Positions 58,601 through 64,000 of a stretch of DNA of 64,000 nt are shown piece by piece (position 1 is the stretch's first letter; each line of letters opens with the position of its first letter). Where the stretch lies: assembly GCA_002633005.1 (NCBI GenBank), contig NMRA01000067.1, positions 434,010 through 498,009 on the forward strand, in the 5' to 3' direction. The position numbers were made by a program, and so were the translations under genes. The stretch comes from Phoronis australis. Taxonomy: Eukaryota; Animalia; Phoronida. The notes beneath the pieces are model-generated. The model did no database searches. It saw only the letters and a list, made by a program, of their open reading frames with translations, and was not told where the DNA came from.

Positions 58601-61432
58601 TCTTGTTTCTCTCAAGCCAAAAAACGATGCAGTTGTTGTCATTTAGAGAGTGGCTACATTTTCAGGACACCCTGTAGAATGTCATTAACATTAAGGACAA
58701 TATTATATTTTAAATTAGTTTTCAAGCACAAAAAGGACCTCTTCACTTTAAGCGCTTGTCAGTTTATTTGTGAATAAATTGCTTTCTCCAATGACAGCAT
58801 GTTTCGTAGGCACTAATGTGTTATATCACTAGACAACTGGAAACATATACATCCATATATATATTCATGTACAGTATAAGACAAAAGTAATCGGACAAAT
58901 TCCTCGTCATGATGGCTAAAATGAGTGGTAGTAACCATTAAGGTAACAAAATTGTAGCTACACAATGACCCTTGCCACCTTGCTAATTATTCTTGTTAAT
59001 TTACCTTATTCTTGGCCACAAGGGAAGACTATTCTGAAGAAGATAGAGGCAGAAAATACCGGAAAGTTCTTACCAGTAAGATGTATCCTGAGTACCAGTG
59101 TATAAAGCAATTTACATTTTGAAGTTTCCCTTAAATGATTTGTCAGCTGCAGCTGCTTGGTGAAGTACTGACCAATGAGGAACACACTGTCTGGGCTCTG
59201 CTTTGTGGGATATCGTCTGCTTTGGAAATCATGCTAAGATATTGAGAACGAAATTTCATAGATAAATATTCTGAGGAATTGGATTATATTTAAAAAATGG
59301 CAAAAGAAGTTAACAGTTTTTGGTCTCGCAGACTTCAGCACTAAGAAACCGGGTGTCTAAAACATCAGCATGGATCAAGAAATACGAGATAGTGAGATTT
59401 TCTGGGCCATGGTAACATGGGAATAAAAGAAACTTGCCTACAGCAAAAGCCCGAAAATGTTGATGTGACGTAATGCTTTTTTAGTTAAACGCGATTTTGA
59501 AATTGAAAATAAATTGGGGTGTACTACACCATATTCCAGTTAAAATTTAAACTTGGTGGAAACATTGGGAATCATACGTTAAGTTTTAACTTGCAAATAT
59601 TACAGATTATGTCCTTAATTGACCTCTTGCAAGCTCCCCCCCTTGAGAAAAGTCGACCAACAAACAAGAAGTTTTATCTGACAATGTGTTGTTTGTTGGG
59701 TAAAATAGCGGCTTGGAAACGACGGTGTGCCAAGAATGCTGCATTCTGATTGGTCAGTTAAGCTATCACTCAAAATCCTGGCGATAGGTCAATTGGTTGG
59801 CAGTCCTGCAGTTTGTCATTCACATCTCTGCATATATTTTTTTTTAATATGTTTATTTACCCATTATTTTTTTACATCTCTGCATATTACATTCTGAGTG
59901 CAATTTGTTTAAGTATGGCCAATCCGATACCGTCAGTAATAATTTAACCAACTGCTCATCTGAACTTTCATTGGTCACTTCCCCTATTTTAATTGACCAT
60001 TCCCCCTTCTTCAACCAGTCCACTACTTTTATTGGTCACTCTTATTTTTACTTTTTTTAGTGACCTCTCCCAATTCTTTCACCATCGGTTTGAGCTTTCA
60101 CGATATTAAAACCTGTGCAAGCAAATGGTTGCCTTATGTTCACTTTTTGAATTTGTATCGCAACTGAACAATTCCATTCCCTTCCTTCAATTTCTTAATG
60201 TTTCTCTTTTCCAGAGAAATCAACGAAATGAAGCCTGCCAACTCAACAGCTAAGATAGCTCTTCTTGCGTCATATGGTTTAGGTAAAGGTGAAGTCATAG
60301 AAGATCCTTACTATGTAGGTATCATACAAGATGGCCCCCGTCTAGTTGCCACTCAGAGTTGTATAGTTCTAAAAAGTCCTCTTAATTGGTTATTTCATAT
60401 TGATTTTAGAGTATGTTGCATCTGCACTGTGTGTAGCAATTTTACGGAATTCCAAGTCCTTTTTCTGAGAAATATTATAGTGAACATCAAAATCGGCTTT
60501 GTCCCTAATTTTAGAGAGTGTCCCAAATTGGAAAATTTTTACCGTATGACTGTATTCAGGACCCGTTCCAAGAAACTGTTTAGTGACTTAAGATCATTTT
60601 TACTTAAGTCTAAGATTTGTCTCAACTTCCAAACTTTGAAACTTTCACATCAGGTAAGTTAGTCAAACTTAAAACAAATATCAAACTTTAGATCACTTTC
60701 CATGAACGGACTTAAGACAAATTGAATTTTTATCTTAAAATTGACATCTTAGCTAAGTCAGTTTTCAGTCCCCAGTGCTGCAAAGAATTTTGAGTGAACG
60801 TTTGTGAGCTGTCTGTTGAAATAGCTATTCTGGTTTGCTTTGCACACGTCAGTTTTCCAACCCATTTCTTCATGCACCAGTCGTGGGCTGTTAGTGGCAC
60901 TTGTTTGTATATCATGGATCTGCATTTCTCCATAAAATCACATTTTTTATCTATATCGTTTCTGTTCTGGAGGTGGCTGGATAGTCATCAGGTGGCGACA
61001 CCATCTCATCCACAAGTCGGATCACCTACAACTGTCAAACAACAGGTCATGGAAATTGACATTTCGGGAGTTCGCTCAAAAGTAGTTTAGCAATGGGTCA
61101 ATTCACGTATGAGAAGGAGAAGCAAAAATGGTTCGCTTTCAATGCCCGGTATTACAAGATAATATCAATGCTTTTTTCCTCTGAAATTCAGAATGGGGTT
61201 ACGTATCGAGATAATTTGATTGTATCTTAACTGTTGGCTCACAAAGTAAATGGGGGGGCTGGAGGCATCCGGTTTGTAGCCTGTAGTTCTTCAGTGAATT
61301 CTCAGTGTTCTGTCCAACTACTAGCTCTCAACCATGTCTTGTTTATTTCAGGGCCCTGAACCTGGTTTTGATAAGACTTATGAACAAGTGACTCTGTGTT
61401 GTAAAGGGCTATTGGAATCTGGAGATGTGTGA
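55675..61432 (+). CDS. ACP1: Low molecular weight phosphotyrosine protein phosphatase, copy 2 (exons 2-6; exon 1 not located)
   Basis: Exons 55675-55748 (GNICRSPMAEAVFKHML), 56949-57062 (YLVDSCAIGPWHVGELPN), 58240-58301 (LILGMD), 60215-60314 (VIEDPYY), 61352-61432 (GPEPGFDKTYEQVTLCCKGLL); intron phases match copy 1; no stops. Confidence 0.88.
58320..58674. mobile_element. Tc1/mariner-type MITE
   Basis: TA|(t)agggtgtcccaaaaa...tttcaggacaccctg|TA. Confidence 0.7.
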
Positions 61433-63211
61433 ACTGTTTGAACTTGTGACTAGTGCTTTAGTTCGCAACACTGAGCTTCGATTGATGTAGATAAACTGCA
61501 TTTGGCAAGCGTTGTTGAGAATACTGTGCGCTTCGGAATTTTGTGAATGATTTGCTAATCTGTTATTGCTCCGGATTGTTGCGTTTGCAGTATACAGCTG
61601 ACCCATGACCACGGTGTCTGCTCGCCCATTTTTTGCTTATCTTCAGTGAAGTAATATAAAGTGCCCCCTATGTTTGTGCATTGTCAGACCGCCCTCAGCC
61701 TGTCTGGTCTTGGACCTGGATAAGTGCCTAGTCATATGCAGGCAGGTGGTGGGCCTATGTTCTTGGCACATTCACGGAAAGGGGTGAACAGTTCTTCCAT
61801 CATTATGACACTGAGTACCTGGGGCTCATTTTATGGTTAGTCTTAGCCGCGATGTTTCTATCTTGCATTTTTCTGGGCAAACAATCAATTCACATGATTT
61901 ATGGCTTGATCATGTACATTCACTTTTACGTCAACAGCGATGTTTCACACGTATAAAAATGCAGTGTCACCGCCGCAAAAATGTGCCATTGTGACTATGA
62001 CCAGTTTTACTGTCATTAGTAAAACGTATGCTAATAGCTACACCAAGTTAGAATCTGGAGGTCATTTTATCAAAGGTTGCAAGTCCTGTCTTAGCTAAGA
62101 TTACTTTACCTTCTAAAAGCTGAGGGTTGAGTGAAAATGTGATCGACGATCGAATTTACATTAAGGTAGATGCAATGTTTCGTTCGACCACGTGTCCTAT
62201 TCCTAGTAACCTGCTTACAACTGTGTTAGCTAGGACCAACCATAAAACACGTGACAAAACTCTTCAAATACCACTAATGTGTTGTACTCTGTGTTAATAC
62301 AGTAAAACTTGCATAAGTTGGATCAAACCAGACGGGGTTAACCTAAATCTGAAGGGTGGAGAGCTCACACTAGAACAAGAAAGCGCTTCCAATTTCAGAA
62401 GGGACTTTCCCATTTTGTCCCAAACTGAAATGCAATATTACAATACAGACAAATATCAACAATTTGTCTTTAAATTTGATTTTTGTAATTGATCATTATC
62501 TCTTCTTTAAAGCATTTCATTTTCTACTTTTGATAAATTTCATTTGGTCTACCATTAATTAGCCATATTGAAATTTGTGTGCAGCAAAACTTTGTCGGAG
62601 TTGAGTGAAAATCTGACTTATGCATGTCCACCTTTTACCGTGTTTGTGTACGGGTCAAGAAATGCAGCTTGCAACTTCTGAAACACAAATTCAAAAAAAT
62701 TTTGATATTTAGTTTAAAAATTTGCACGGGTGATCCTTAGTCACTTAGTGTTATCAATAGTGTCTGACATTTGACACCTGTACAATAGACTACCTTGGTT
62801 TTAGACTGAGAAATGAATTTTTGTCTGGAAAATGTTTCTAACGATTAAAGACAATGACTTGTTTTCTGGTAACTAGTGCTGTGTCCTCGTGAGCAAATCT
62901 AATTTTACTATTACTGCTCCACATTGTTCTTATGGTTACTACAAGTAGCCTGATGGCCTATCTGTTGTATTTTACTTCACATGTTATAAAAAACTGCTTC
63001 AAGTTATCTATATTTTTCCTTTTCCTTCATGAAAGAAATTAAACGTTTATTTTATACAAATAATGCAAATACTGTGAATAACGTCGTATATACAAACCAA
63101 TACATACACAATGTTGTTCAAGGAGTGGAAACAATGCCATGGTTGTGCTGCTGAGTTCCAGCCACAATACGAGTATGGGCAAATAATCTGAGAGCAGAAT
63201 TTGGTCACGAA

Positions 63212-64000
63212 TTATGCAGCATTTCTGGTGGGTGAGTGGAGTTCAGGTTCCCGAAGTGGCAATTTGAACTGTGGGCTTAGGGTCTCCTGGTGTGGGACTG
63301 CAGGATTGCAGCTGTAAGACAGAGGCATACTCGTGGAATTGTTTCTACCCCCTGTTATTAGTTCGTAAATAAGGAGTGCACTGGTGTGATTGATATATAA
63401 ATAAGGACCAGAGGGGCTAGTTAAGAACATACTTAGTGTGTATTAATCAGAACTGACAATATACATTAAGACATATCTACACAGAATGAACAGTGGCTGA
63501 AGCACATAGAGATGTCCTGGCAAAAGATTACGTAACATAATTAGTGAGTCTAGAGATCACAGACTAAGAGAACTTGCAAACAGGGCAGAACAGAGGCACT
63601 TACTCTGTGACCACTTTCATAATTTTAGTTCAGTTGATGGTAAAGATAAAAGAAGACCCTGGCATTAACATCTGATGTAAGTCTACTCCACTAGGTGGTG
63701 TTCTAATAGAATGAGGCTCTCCTCCAAAAGTGCAACACAGTCATCCACCTATACGACAGAAATTTCCACATAAATGACCAGAGCACTACACCAGACAGAA
63801 ACAAAAGCAGTCTAAAGTGCTTTTTTGGAAATGCCATTTTGGTGCATTCTTCATATTTGGAATATCTCTTCATTCCATGAACTGCACTGAGAGGCATTGA
63901 TTACTGTCGATAACAGCTTATGTTTTAGTTATCAAAGTCAACACGTATTTCATGAAGACTAAAAAATCAAGGTGTCAATTCTTACCTAACGACATATTCA
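63212..64000 (-). CDS. 3' end (last two exons) of an unidentified gene continuing beyond the window
   Basis: Donor GTT AG|gtaag at 63986 and acceptor ctctgtcttacag| at 63311 are phase-compatible: ...EYVVSCNPAVPHQETLSPQFKLPLREPELHSPTRNAA*; minus-strand AATAAA at 63046-63051. Confidence 0.5.

Noticed and set aside
60794-61090. WRWLDS... segment as an extra ACP1 exon-3 variant
   Set aside because: Wrong intron position, no suitable acceptor, lacks the PD.R and H.AR motifs

Overview
This is eukaryotic (invertebrate metazoan) genomic DNA: intron-rich genes with GT-AG splice sites, many MITE/SINE/LINE relics and two N gaps. The repeat style suggests a marine invertebrate, which is inference only. 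Hand-spliced models in order: (1) a ~1,690-aa orphan gene (+, 1330-9222) in which a 29-nt micro-exon joins the two big ORFs; (2) CDC50/TMEM30A flippase beta-subunit (+, 13383-25024) with two alternative terminal exons; (3) LIX1-like (-, 30901-38164), head-to-head with (4) LMW protein tyrosine phosphatase ACP1 (+, 41706-46939); (5) a second, diverged ACP1 exon 2-6 cassette (+, 55675-61432) with no identifiable exon 1; (6) the 3' end of an unidentified convergent gene (-, 63212 to window end). Mobile DNA includes two ~930-bp foldback/Mutator-like elements (~270-bp TIRs, 9-bp TSDs), tRNA-derived SINEs, a CR1/L2-type LINE relic and several MITEs. The most interesting observation is the two ACP1 cassettes: their exon-3 loops resemble the vertebrate fast and slow isoforms, and they may share one exon 1 carrying the catalytic Cys. 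No CRISPR, rRNA or bona fide tRNA was seen. All models were read by eye without database searches.
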